Positions 54,052-64,000 of a stretch of DNA of 64,000 nucleotides are shown piece by piece. The notes below the pieces were generated by a model. The model had not been told where the DNA came from. It did not search any database and saw only the letters and a program-made list of their open reading frames with translations. The DNA is from Octopus bimaculoides (taxonomy: Eukaryota): assembly GCF_001194135.2 (NCBI RefSeq), contig NC_068995.1, forward strand, positions 168,704-232,703, given 5' to 3'. Made by a program: the position numbers and the translations under genes. Position 1 is the first letter of the stretch. Each line of letters begins with the position of its first letter.

Positions 54052-54451
54052 TGAAAGAGAAAAAGATGTAGAAGTTGTTTAACGAGTGTTGAACAACTCT
54101 GTTGAAATTGTCGAAAAAAGTTGACATTACTGAGAAAATGTGGGAGGAGCTTAAATAAATGGTACCGGCTGGACGTATTGACAACATCGACATTTGTCTA
54201 ACTTCAAACACCTCGGGTACCTTTCAGATATCCGGACACTTTACTCAAAATCTCTATTTATTGAATGACACATCATGTAACTATTAAGTTGGACTGCCCT
54301 TTGGAATAAGCACATAATCATTTGATTCGCAATTCAAGAACATTCTTTTTACGAGGAACGCAGAGAAGGCTTAGAAGGAAAATTTAGATATTTTTTTATT
54401 GTACGAGATCCAGATTATCTTGTGGCCCCTTTTTGCTTTGCTTGTTATGGG

Positions 54452-54636
54452 TTTCGTTTGAGAGTTAGCTTGTCTTCGGAGTCTTGGCTTTCGTTTGAGA
54501 GTTAGCTTGTCTTCGGAGTCTTGGCTTTCGTTTGAGAGTTAGCTTGTCTTCAGAGTCTTGGCTTTCGTTTGAGAGTTAGCTTGTCTTCAGAGTCTTAGCT
54601 TTCGTTTGAGAGTTAGCTTGTCTTCAGAGTCTTACT
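54452..54636. repeat. 37-bp minisatellite, 5 copies
   Basis: Unit tttcgtttgagagttagcttgtcttc(g/a)gagtctt(g/a)gc repeated head-to-tail with no spacers. Confidence 0.95.
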
Positions 54637-55309
54637 TAAGGGTTGGTCTTTCCTTCTTTTGGTGCATTTTAAGGTAAATAAAGTTTGTTGTTACTCTTCG
54701 TGATTTAGCCTCAAAATCAGTCCCGATCGAGTTTATTTAATTCCAAAGAAATTCCATCCCTGACCATCCTGTCTTTTTAAGCGTAATCTAAGATCAATGT
54801 TATACAACATGTCCTTTTAGGATTTTGATAGTGGTATCTTATCCTGCCAAGACTTTCGCTTTTTTTTTTCAAAGGTGGTTTTACCTTTCATCCTTCAGAT
54901 AAAGTAAAGAACCAATCAGAATACTGCAGTTGATATTGTCGATTATTCTTTCCCCTTTCCACAAATTTCTAACGTTGTACAAATACAAGAAACCATTAAG
55001 ACTGTGGAGGACAGATTTAGCTGTTGTTTCTATCTACGAACATACAGAGGCTAACTCGTTGGAATGTGTTTCCCTTCATATATATAAGAGTAATGGAGAC
55101 AAGGGAAGTAATGCTGCCAGGTATTGAAGGAATACTTAAGAATGATTGGGTTTTTTTTCCTTCCCTCAAGCGATAAGGCTTCCAAAGCCAGATACTCAGT
55201 TTCCCTGGTAGATAGGTGACCCAGGTCACCATATTCCCTCTGAATAAGACGACGCCTGTTCGTTGCAGAGTCCAGCAATTTTGGGGGGGGGGAGGAAGCA
55301 AGTTAATTA

Positions 55310-55560
55310 TTTCGACCCACTACTTGACTGGTACTTTATTTTATCGAACCTCCAAAGAGATGAAAGACAAACTCGACCTCAGTGGGATTTAAACTAAAAG
55401 CCGGAACAGATGCCGCAGAACATTTTGTCCAGCGTGCCAACGATTCTGCCAGTTTGCCGTCATCAAAGGAAAAGTTAACTTCGGCAGAATTTGAACTCTG
55501 AACGTAGGGAGCCGGAAGCGATTCTGCTAAGCTTTTCATCTGACGCGTTATCGATTCTGC
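55310..55560 (-). mobile_element. SINE family A, one copy plus a partial
   Basis: ttcgacccactacttgactggtactttattttatcga..gatgaaagacaaactcgacctc..cgattctgccag; second head at about 55470-55560. Confidence 0.7.
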
Positions 55561-56860
55561 TAAGAGGGATTACGAGAACGGATAATCCCTGCTCTCCTTC
55601 AAGATTCAGTTCAGCTCTTAATTCTTAGCTCAGAAGATAGACAACAACACAACACTCTCTGCTACGGAAACACACGAGTCACGTGTTTCTTACTACACCT
55701 TATCCTCCCACTTCCACTACTACTATCAGAAGTCATGGTTGCCATCAAAAGGTCACAGCCGCTGCCTTCTATCCCATGTTTAAGCTATAAACAAAACGCG
55801 AACTTATATTCACTTTTGTTTATATTCAATCTGACGGGGATTTTGTTTTTTTAACATCAATCAGTTTCTTCTGAGTCTCTTGTAAGGAAACATTTTATTG
55901 ATTTATTGCGGCGGGAAACTGGGATAAAAAACAATTCATGACCCTCCCTCACGAAGAACTTGAAGATAATAATATTCATTATTGTTTACTCCCGATTTCT
56001 TATTGTTAAAAACAATTTGCGGTGTCTAATTCTCCCGAGATCAATAAAATAAACTTCAAGTCAAATCTGGGGTTCATTTAATAGACTACTCACCTGAACA
56101 CCTCTACACCGACTAAAAGACCATTGTGGATACTACATCACTACTACACCAACTAGAACATAATCGCAGCTACAATAATACTACTACAATCGTAATAATA
56201 CCACTAGTGGCACTGTATTAATCACTATAGTTACAATAACACCATCAGACTCCTGCTGATACTACTCGAACCACTCCAGGCTCAGTATTACAAGAGAAGG
56301 CCACTGGAAAGCCACTACAATTCCACTGAAGCTAAAACCACACCGATGCAGCCATTAAAAATACCAGAAAGCCATCATTTCCGTCAATAGATTAGCACTG
56401 GACACCACTAGAGGGTTGCTGATGACACTACTAGGACACTGCTGTATAAGCCATTCCTCTCTCTCGTCTTCTGTGGTGGTCATAATGTCGTGAGAATTAG
56501 TGAGTGTTTAGACGAGAGATATGATTGGACGAGATTAATTATAGGTTGTGTAGGTTCGATATTTGGGAGAAAACTGTCAGTTAGAGTCGGGGTAGAGGGT
56601 ATCTGATATGGCGTTTCGATGATGCTATGGTAGTGGTGAGGTTGGTGGATGGTGATTCATTGATTTGATGAGGGTGGATTATATGGGGAAGATGGGATGG
56701 TGGGAAGTGAGGGTAAGGGGAGGGAGATGATATGAAGGGTGCAATCTGAAAAATAGAAAGGTGATAAGGAATACAAAGATGATGATGATAGTGATGATGA
56801 TGATGAATATAATGCATTCGATGATGATGATGATGATATGACACAATACATAAGACTCAC

Positions 56861-56923
56861 CTCTTTGAGGAATGAAACTCGTTAATAAAGTTATTTTTGC
56901 TTTTCTTTCTGGTCCCAAAAGAG
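56861..56923 (-). CDS. MYO3: Myosin loop-2 exon, 63 nt symmetric: (D)SFGTRKKSKNNFINEFHSSK(R)
   Basis: Strong acceptor atttctcttccacag|, donor |gtgagt. Phase 2-2 fits both neighbours. Lys-rich as expected for loop 2. Confidence 0.8.
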
Positions 56924-57038
56924 CTGTGGAAGAGAAATAAATAAATAAATAAATAACATACAGACAGATATACATGCGCACACACACATGTATGCATGTG
57001 TGTGTAGCACATAAACGCGCGCGCACGCATATAATATA

Positions 57039-57085
<47 letters not shown>

Positions 57086-57542
57086 NNNNNNNNNNNNNNN
57101 NNNNNNNNNNNNNNNNNNNNNNNNNNNNNNNNNNNNNNNNNNNNNNNNNNNNNNNNNNNNNNNNNNNNNNNNNNNNNNNNNNNNNNNNNNNNNNNNNNNN
57201 NNNNNNNNNNNNNNNNNNNNNNNNNNNNNNNNNNNNNNNNNNNNNNNNNNNNNNNNNNNNNNNNNNNNNNNNNNNNNNNNNNNNNNNNNNNNNNNNNNNN
57301 NNNNNNNNNNNNNNNNNNNNNNNNNNNNNNNNNNNNNNNNNNNNNNNNNNNNNNNNNNNNNNNNNNNNNNNNNNNNNNNNNNNNNGGTGTATTTTCAATG
57401 TTCGTTCGGAAAATGCAATGTAGGTTGTTGTGTTTTTGACAGGGAGACCAGTGGAGTATATTTGGCGTTTCTTTGGGTACAGGGCTCTCTATTTCAGCAA
57501 CGCAAAAGTGGCTAATTTCCTTTCCAATATTTTTGCATTATA

Positions 57543-57735
57543 AGGCGACGAGCTGGCGAAATGCTGAGCGGTATTTCAGCTGTCTTTACGTTCTGAATTC
57601 AAATCCCGCCGAGGTCGACTTTGCCTTTCATCCTTTCGAGGTCGATAAATCAAGTACCAGTTGCATACTGGGGTCGATCTAATCGACAGGCCCCCTCCCC
57701 AAAAATTCCGGGTCTTGTGCCTAGAGTAGAAAAGA
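57543..57735 (+). mobile_element. SINE family A, well conserved
   Basis: aggcgacgagctggc..ttctgaattcaaatcccgccgaggtcgactttgcctttcatcctttcgaggtcgataaatcaagtaccagttgcatactggggtcga. Confidence 0.85.
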
Positions 57736-59020
57736 ATATTTTTGCATTATGGCACTTAATGACGCCAGTTATATCCGTCGTCCTGCTGTTGCTAACCTTA
57801 ATGTTTTAGTTGAACAATTGATGGAATTTATGAGTTGGGAAATGTTTCATCATTATTTAAAGGAAATGTTTTACAAAAATGCTTTTCATGACATATGTTT
57901 TGTGAGTTCACCATTTCTTTTCCTAATATTTTGGGGGTAATTATTTGATGATATTAGTGAGTGTTTTATGCCTTCTTAAAATAATCTTTATGCTAAATAC
58001 CTCGATCTCGTTCTCTGTACTCTTGTACAAAGTACTTTACTGAATGAGAAAACTTTTATCCTTCTCTTGTTGACATTTATTGGTATAAACTTAATGGGAT
58101 TTGGGTGAAGGTTGAATTGTGCGTGGTTGTAGAGGAGGGCCGTCTTATTAGAGTTTGAATACCTATTATGATATGACTGTTTGATTAGGTGGCAGCACGT
58201 GGTCCGATGGTTTCAGTATTGCGATTGCATGGTCGTGGTTTCGATTCCGGACCGGCGATACGTTATGTTTTTGAGCAGTCCAGCTCACGCAACTGTAAAT
58301 GAGTTCACCCTGCCACGGACTGGCGTCACGTCCAGACTAATGTGATCCCGCTCACTTGTAAGCCATGGAAGTTCTAGGATTGAAGTCAGTAAGGAGGGAC
58401 TTGCCTCTTGATCAAGGGTTATTTTAGGGTTCAAGCACCAGAACAACTCAACAGCAAAAGTAACAGTCAGGCATACGACCGACCAACCAGCCAACCAACA
58501 GACAGCAACACCCCTCCAAAAACAATCACTCAACCAGCCAAACAAGCCGACCGACAAGCCAACCAGTCAGCCAGCCTGCAGTCGGACCGACCGACCGACC
58601 CGCCAACAAACAGAGAAACAGACAGACAGACAGACAGACCGGGAATATATTGCGTGTCACATAACGGAACCTGTTTGACGACTTTTAGACTTCTTATATT
58701 AACGATAAATAAAGAAAAACACGCAAATCACAGCCGATGGTATACACACACACGTGTGTGTGTGTGTGTGTGTGAAGACTATGGTGAGTGTATATTTGAC
58801 CCGTGCGGCGTATATATGTTGTGAGGCTAGAGTTGAAATAATGTATTTACTTATGTTATATAAACAAGCAATCGGCTTCGTCGAAATAAAAGCAGAGAAA
58901 TGTTGTTGCATTGGGTTTTGCTAATCTACGCTGACATCTCCTTTACTTAATAGCAATAATAAACAGCAGCGAACACTTTAAGACGAGCAGATACACAGCC
59001 ATAGGTGTAGACATATAAAT

Positions 59021-59058
<38 letters not shown>

Positions 59059-59119
59059 GTATATAGCTGTATACTTACATGCACACACATATGATATATA
59101 ATATATACACATGACTGTA

Positions 59120-59242
59120 TGGTAGCTGTGTTGTTACAATCATACTTCCCAACCACATGGTTCTGGGTTCAATCCTGGCAAGTGTGTTCTACTATAGCTC
59201 CGGGCCGACCAAGAATTTGTGAGTGGAAACTCAAGAAGCCCA

Positions 59243-59307
<65 letters not shown>

Positions 59308-59500
59308 CGTCTTTGTATATGTGTTTGTCCCCCCCACCACCATACCATGACAACTGGTACTGGTTTGTTTACGTCCCTGTGACCTAGCAGTTTGTTAAAA
59401 GCTAGCAATAGAATAAGTACCAGGCTTACAAAAAAAAAGTAAATAAATAAACACATGGTTCGATTTGTTCGACTAAACCTTCCGACCGGTGCTTCACTCT
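59120..59500 (+). mobile_element. SINE family B, near full length
   Basis: atggtagctgtgttgttacaatcatacttcccaaccacatggttctgggttcaatcc..gcaagtgtgttctactatagctccgggccgacc..gaataagtaccaggcttac. Confidence 0.8.
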
Positions 59501-60039
59501 GGGGTCAGGGACCGAAACCCGTTAAAGAAAAGATAAAAGGCCGAAAAGCATTTACCACATTTCTATTTATGGTTTATATTAGAGCATTTAACCAAAATGT
59601 CTGATTCGGTTACAAGTTCTATTGCAAAAGGCATTGAGCTCGTTATTAGTTAATGGTCAGCTCCATTTTGAAACTGAGTGTATGAGAGATGTTGCGATCC
59701 CTATCACATTTCCTGTTTAAGTGTATGGGGGAAGGGGGTAACGGTGTCGAGGCTGAATTTGACGATTATTTAATGTCCCCACTTTTTTTCTTTTCCAGGA
59801 ATAGCTGCATTGGTGAACAGTCAACAGCGTTGATGAGCGTAAAGATTAAAGTTGAAGTGGAGAAAAAGTGACAGGGAGGACTGGAAGCCATCTGAATATT
59901 GGAAAAGTGTCATCATGATGATTCGCGTCGGGTATGAAAATGCCATTATCGTAACTGTGGCTTAGAGCTCTATTAAGGGTGTAAGACATGTCATGGAGGA
60001 AGGGACACAACGGGAACTGTGAGTGCATTCGCTCAGCGG

Positions 60040-60420
60040 ACTTCATCCCATATCTTTGAACAGAGTCGAAGGCTCAATTCAGGCGGCCATGCAAAGATGC
60101 TAAAGAATATGGTCAGACCCTGACTGGAAAGAGTTGCTGCAGGGAGACCACGTATGTATGGCAGGAGAATTGGGCACTTTGTCATACTTCCGGAAGTAAG
60201 AAACAGTTGTCAGAGAATTTCCGGTTTCCTAAATCCCCCGATTGTAGTACTAAGGGCTACTACACGTGGAGCGCGGTTGAGAAAGACATCAACCGTTCTG
60301 ACTACGACACCAAAATCAAGGAGTTGTTCGAAGACCTCAAGGAAACAATGAGGAATGCATGCGCCAGCATCCGGGATCGTCTTCAGGCCGCGGTGGTAGC
60401 TGAGTACTGTAGGTCCTTTG
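60040..60420 (+). mobile_element. Tc1/mariner transposase remnant (maT/DD37D-like)
   Basis: HIFEQSRRLNSGGHAKMLKNMVRP*LERVAAGRP... then SENF..PKSPDCSTKGYYTWSAVEKDINRS..KIKELFEDL..NACASIRDRLQAAV (degenerate WPPNSPDxNPxDY motif). Confidence 0.75.
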
Positions 60421-60616
60421 AGCATGTTTCAGCCTTAATCTGATATTTTGGGGTTCTTTAAAATTCATATATTTTCGGATGGAATATTGTTTTCTTTTCC
60501 TTTTATGCAATGTAGCGATGAAACCCGAACGTTCCATATATATACTTTTTTTATATTTAATATACTTTGTATATTGACCGACCTAACTCGCTTAACTTTA
60601 CATTTACTTCTCTCTT

Positions 60617-60665
<49 letters not shown>

Positions 60666-61307
60666 ACCCTCCTGTTGGTTTCGACGTTTGAGGCTCCGAC
60701 AAGGTACTCTTTCTTTGTCAGTCATAACACCTGTGTCGAATGTGACATTTAAGTCCCGCCAACGATTTACCACAGATGTTGCAAGTATGAGGATTACAGG
60801 TCAGTGCAGGTCGTATATTTCCAGCCGATTTTCATNNNNNNNNNNNNNNNNNNNNNNNNNNNNNNNNNNNNNNNNNNNNNNNNNNNNNNNNNNNNNNNNN
60901 NNNNNNNNNNNNNNNNNNNNNNNNNNNNNNNNNNNNNNNNNNNNNNNNNNNNNNNNNNNNNNNNNNNNNNNNNNNNNNNNNNNNNNNNNNNNNNNNNNNN
61001 NNNNNNNNNNNNNNNNNNNNNNNNNNNNNNNNNNNNNNNNNNNNNNNNNNNNNNNNNNNNNNNNNNNNNNNNNNNNNNNNNNNNNNNNNNNNNNNNNNNN
61101 NNNNNNNNNNNNNNNNNNNNNNNNNNNNNNNNNNNNNNNNNNNNNNNNNNNNNNNNNNNNNNNNNNNNNNNNNNNNNNNNNNNNNNNNNNNNNNNNNNNN
61201 NNNNNNNNNNNNNNNNNNNNNNNNNNNNNNNNNNNNNNNNNNNNNNNNNNNNNNNNNNNNNNNNNNNNNNNNNNNNNNNNNNNNNNNNNNNNNNNNNNNN
61301 NNNNNNN

Positions 61308-61350
<43 letters not shown>

Positions 61351-61799
61351 CATACATACACGCACACACACACACACGTACATATGCATGTGTAGGGTTA
61401 AATGGTTATTGGTCTGTGTCTGTATGTGTACGCATAGATATGTATAGGGACACATATATACTTAAAACACAGGCACACATACAACACGCAGACGCAGACA
61501 TATTTATGTGTGGGTGTGGGTGAATATACGGCCATGTGCAAATTTAATGTATGTCCTTCATCCTCGCATTTATTGCAAATTATTTCTCAATGCTAAAAAT
61601 ATTCATGTCATTGTTAGAAATTTCTTTTTCAATGTTGCTTATACAACAATTTCTAAGCGTCATGAATGCGAGAGAGTCTTGGGTAGAACGAACTAAACCT
61701 GACCGACAGCTGTGGAGATACAGCGAAATCGAGTATATTGCTACACAAGAAAATTATATAATCTTAACGTAATAATAATAATAATAATAATAATAATAG

Positions 61800-61839
<40 letters not shown>

Positions 61840-62246
61840 GCACATACATACATACATCATACCCTGGGATGAGTAACACTGCCTAAATATCAATCATGAA
61901 AAATGTATATATTTTTGTACGAGTGTGTGTTTGTCCCTCCCAATCGCTTGGCAACGGATGTTGGTGTGTTTACGTCTTCGTAATGTAGCGGTTCGCANNN
62001 NNNNNNNNNNNNNNNNNNNNNNNNNNNNNNNNNNNNNNNNNNNNNNNNNNNNNNNNNNNNNNNNNNNNNNNNNNNNNNNNNNNNNNNNNNNNNNNNNNNN
62101 NNNNNNNNNNNNNNNNNNNNNNNNNNNNNNNNNNNNNNNNNNNNNNNNNNNNNNNNNNNNNNNNNNNNNNNNNNNNNNNNNNNNNNNNNNNNNNNNNNNN
62201 NNNNNNNNNNNNNNNNNNNNNNNNNNNNNNNNNNNNNNNNNNNNNN

Positions 62247-62282
<36 letters not shown>

Positions 62283-63128
62283 ACATGCGATGCGCAGACT
62301 ATTTGCAACTGAATAGGCTGTAACATTTATCTAAGAAAACATCGTAACCGAAACAAGTTAGAACGTGTTGAAAATCCCACAGTTACCCCAATGACAACCC
62401 TCACCAGTTCCCTACGCGATCACCTACCGGACTGACTAATACCACCAATATCCCCGTTGGCATTACTGCTACTAATACCGTCTCAAATACCAACATTTGG
62501 TGAATGGTTAGTTCTGTCAGGAGAAGTAGAGACGCGGCTCTTTCTCCTTTTCCTCATCTTCTTTTCTCTCCTCCTCCTCCTCCTGTATGCTGTAACCATT
62601 AAGGATCGCTGACGTCTTGTATTTATAAGATTTGGGGCCTTAAAGTCTGTGACGTCACTGAACACCAGAAACAACTCATTTTAGGCTTAATCGATTAGAG
62701 CAGCATCGAATAAAGTGCCTTGCCTAAGGAGACATCTTACTGCCTGCTCCAACAATTGAAATTGCACCGTTGCGATCGTGTGCCCAACAGCTTAACCACT
62801 AATCTATGCGCTCCATTCAACTAACGTCCTGCATGCTTCTAGAAAGACAAGATGGTCACAGGTGGAATGCCTTTCGACAGGGTTGACAGAGTGTGATGGC
62901 CTTAATTCACAACAATGTGAGTAGTGGTCGTGGTAGTGCCGGTTGTCTTGTCAGAATACTTGCAACACAATGATATTCGGTAGAGTTCCTTGACGACCGG
63001 GTGGTGCTGTTAAAACGGAATGGTTTTATAGTAGGACGACAATCACAACAACAGCACCAGCAACAAAAACAACTACAAAAAATAACAACAAAGTAAAACA
63101 CAGCAAAACATTGTAATGGAATACATAC

Positions 63129-63274
63129 TCTGAGATGGTTCCTCTGTGAGAGAGTTTGGTGAGGAACATATCACTAACCAATTGGTTGTTGCTACATTTC
63201 ATGCATTCTAAAAGACAAGGACTCAGATTGTCTCTGTTCTTCTCCAAGAAGCCGGATGTGTAGTATTCTAAGGG
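63129..63274 (-). CDS. MYO3: Myosin exon (motor domain, start of loop 2): PLEYYTSGFLEKNRDNLSPCLLECMKCSNNQLVSDMFLTKLSHRGTIS
   Basis: Acceptor ttctattccag|, donor |gtatgt, 146 nt, phase 0 to 2; hallmark myosin GFLEKNRD motif. Confidence 0.95.
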
Positions 63275-63943
63275 CTGGAATAGAAAGCAGTTTAGTTTCT
63301 GTTTCTGGAACATTTTCTTGGTATAATAATAGTCAAAACAACAACAACAAAAACAACAACAGCAAATATATAATATAATATATATACATATACTATATGG
63401 CTGCAGTGCAACGACTGGGACTAGTGAAAGGGAAGACATAAAAAATAGAAAAGAATAAATGATAAAATAATAAACAAGAACAAAATCAAATAAAATAGTT
63501 ACTTACTTCTCCTGTATAGTGACGAATGGTGAAGACATAATTACTGGTCTTGGATTTTTGGAAAAGTTTCGGGTTTTGGCAGTTGGCCGCCATCTTGTCC
63601 AGTAAACTTGCATCAGTTGCTTTGGGAAAGCGGGATTCTTCATCAATTATCGCAAACAATCCTAATGGTTTCTGTATGTATGTGTGTGTGTGTGTTGAAA
63701 GGTGGGGGAGAGAAATATAAACCAGAAAACGTTATATATACATTTAATATGTATACAAGTAAAAGTAAAACGTATAAGATTTAATGTGAAGATAGCAACA
63801 AACTATAAATCTGTGTATGAGGGTGTAAATACATACATGTGTGTATTTATATATACATATAAATGTATGCATATGTATAACATAAATAGCTATATATATA
63901 TATGTATATATATAAATGTATGCATATGTATAACATAAATAGC

Positions 63944-63975
<32 letters not shown>

Positions 63976-64000
63976 TAAATGTATGCATATGTATAACATA

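Noticed and set aside
54452-54636. 37-bp repeats as a CRISPR array
   Set aside because: No unique spacers, eukaryotic context, no cas genes.
56094-56112. 19-nt micro-exon candidate (ttttag|tcggtgtagaggtgttcag|gtgagt)
   Set aside because: Inclusion would frameshift. Using it in place of 50141-50198 would delete the conserved TVxxYFR segment.
62483-62674. Basic ORF (DVTDFKAPNL...RRRRRREKKMRKRRKSR) with a phase-2 acceptor, as a loop-2 exon
   Set aside because: No phase-2 donor to join the next exon. The basic run derives from an (AGG)n/purine microsatellite, and the frame already closes via 56861-56923 and 50141-50198.

Overview
Eukaryotic genomic DNA that is AT-rich, saturated with microsatellites and contains many N gaps. 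The SINE/LINE landscape looks like an octopus (coleoid cephalopod) short-read assembly; this is inference. The window lies inside one large minus-strand gene for an unconventional, class III-like myosin. I reconstructed nine exons by hand (63129-63274, 56861-56923, 50141-50198, 43162-43217, 32528-32677, 21454-21565, 14958-15209, 849-986, 239-585; 1322 nt, about 440 aa). All have GT-AG boundaries and mutually compatible phases. They encode the end of the motor domain (GFLEKNRD, loop 2, NSLTDLL..PHFIRCIKPN, QLRTSGLMEIARIR, GETKIFLKYHH), one IQ motif and a low-complexity tail. The gene runs off both ends of the window. The introns (0.26-14 kb) hold two tRNA-derived SINE families, R4/Dong-like and other restriction-like-endonuclease LINE remnants, Tx1/L1 remnants, Tc1/mariner remnants, a MITE, minisatellites and five fold-back palindromes. 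Main leads: a symmetric loop-2 cassette exon, a possible alternative terminal exon with a WH2-like motif, an orphan terminal-exon-like segment, and the palindromes as candidate dsRNA/ADAR substrates. There is no CRISPR array, rRNA or intact tRNA. Most ORFs in the supplied track are microsatellite or N-gap artefacts. TE boundaries are approximate and family names come from motif recognition, not database searches.
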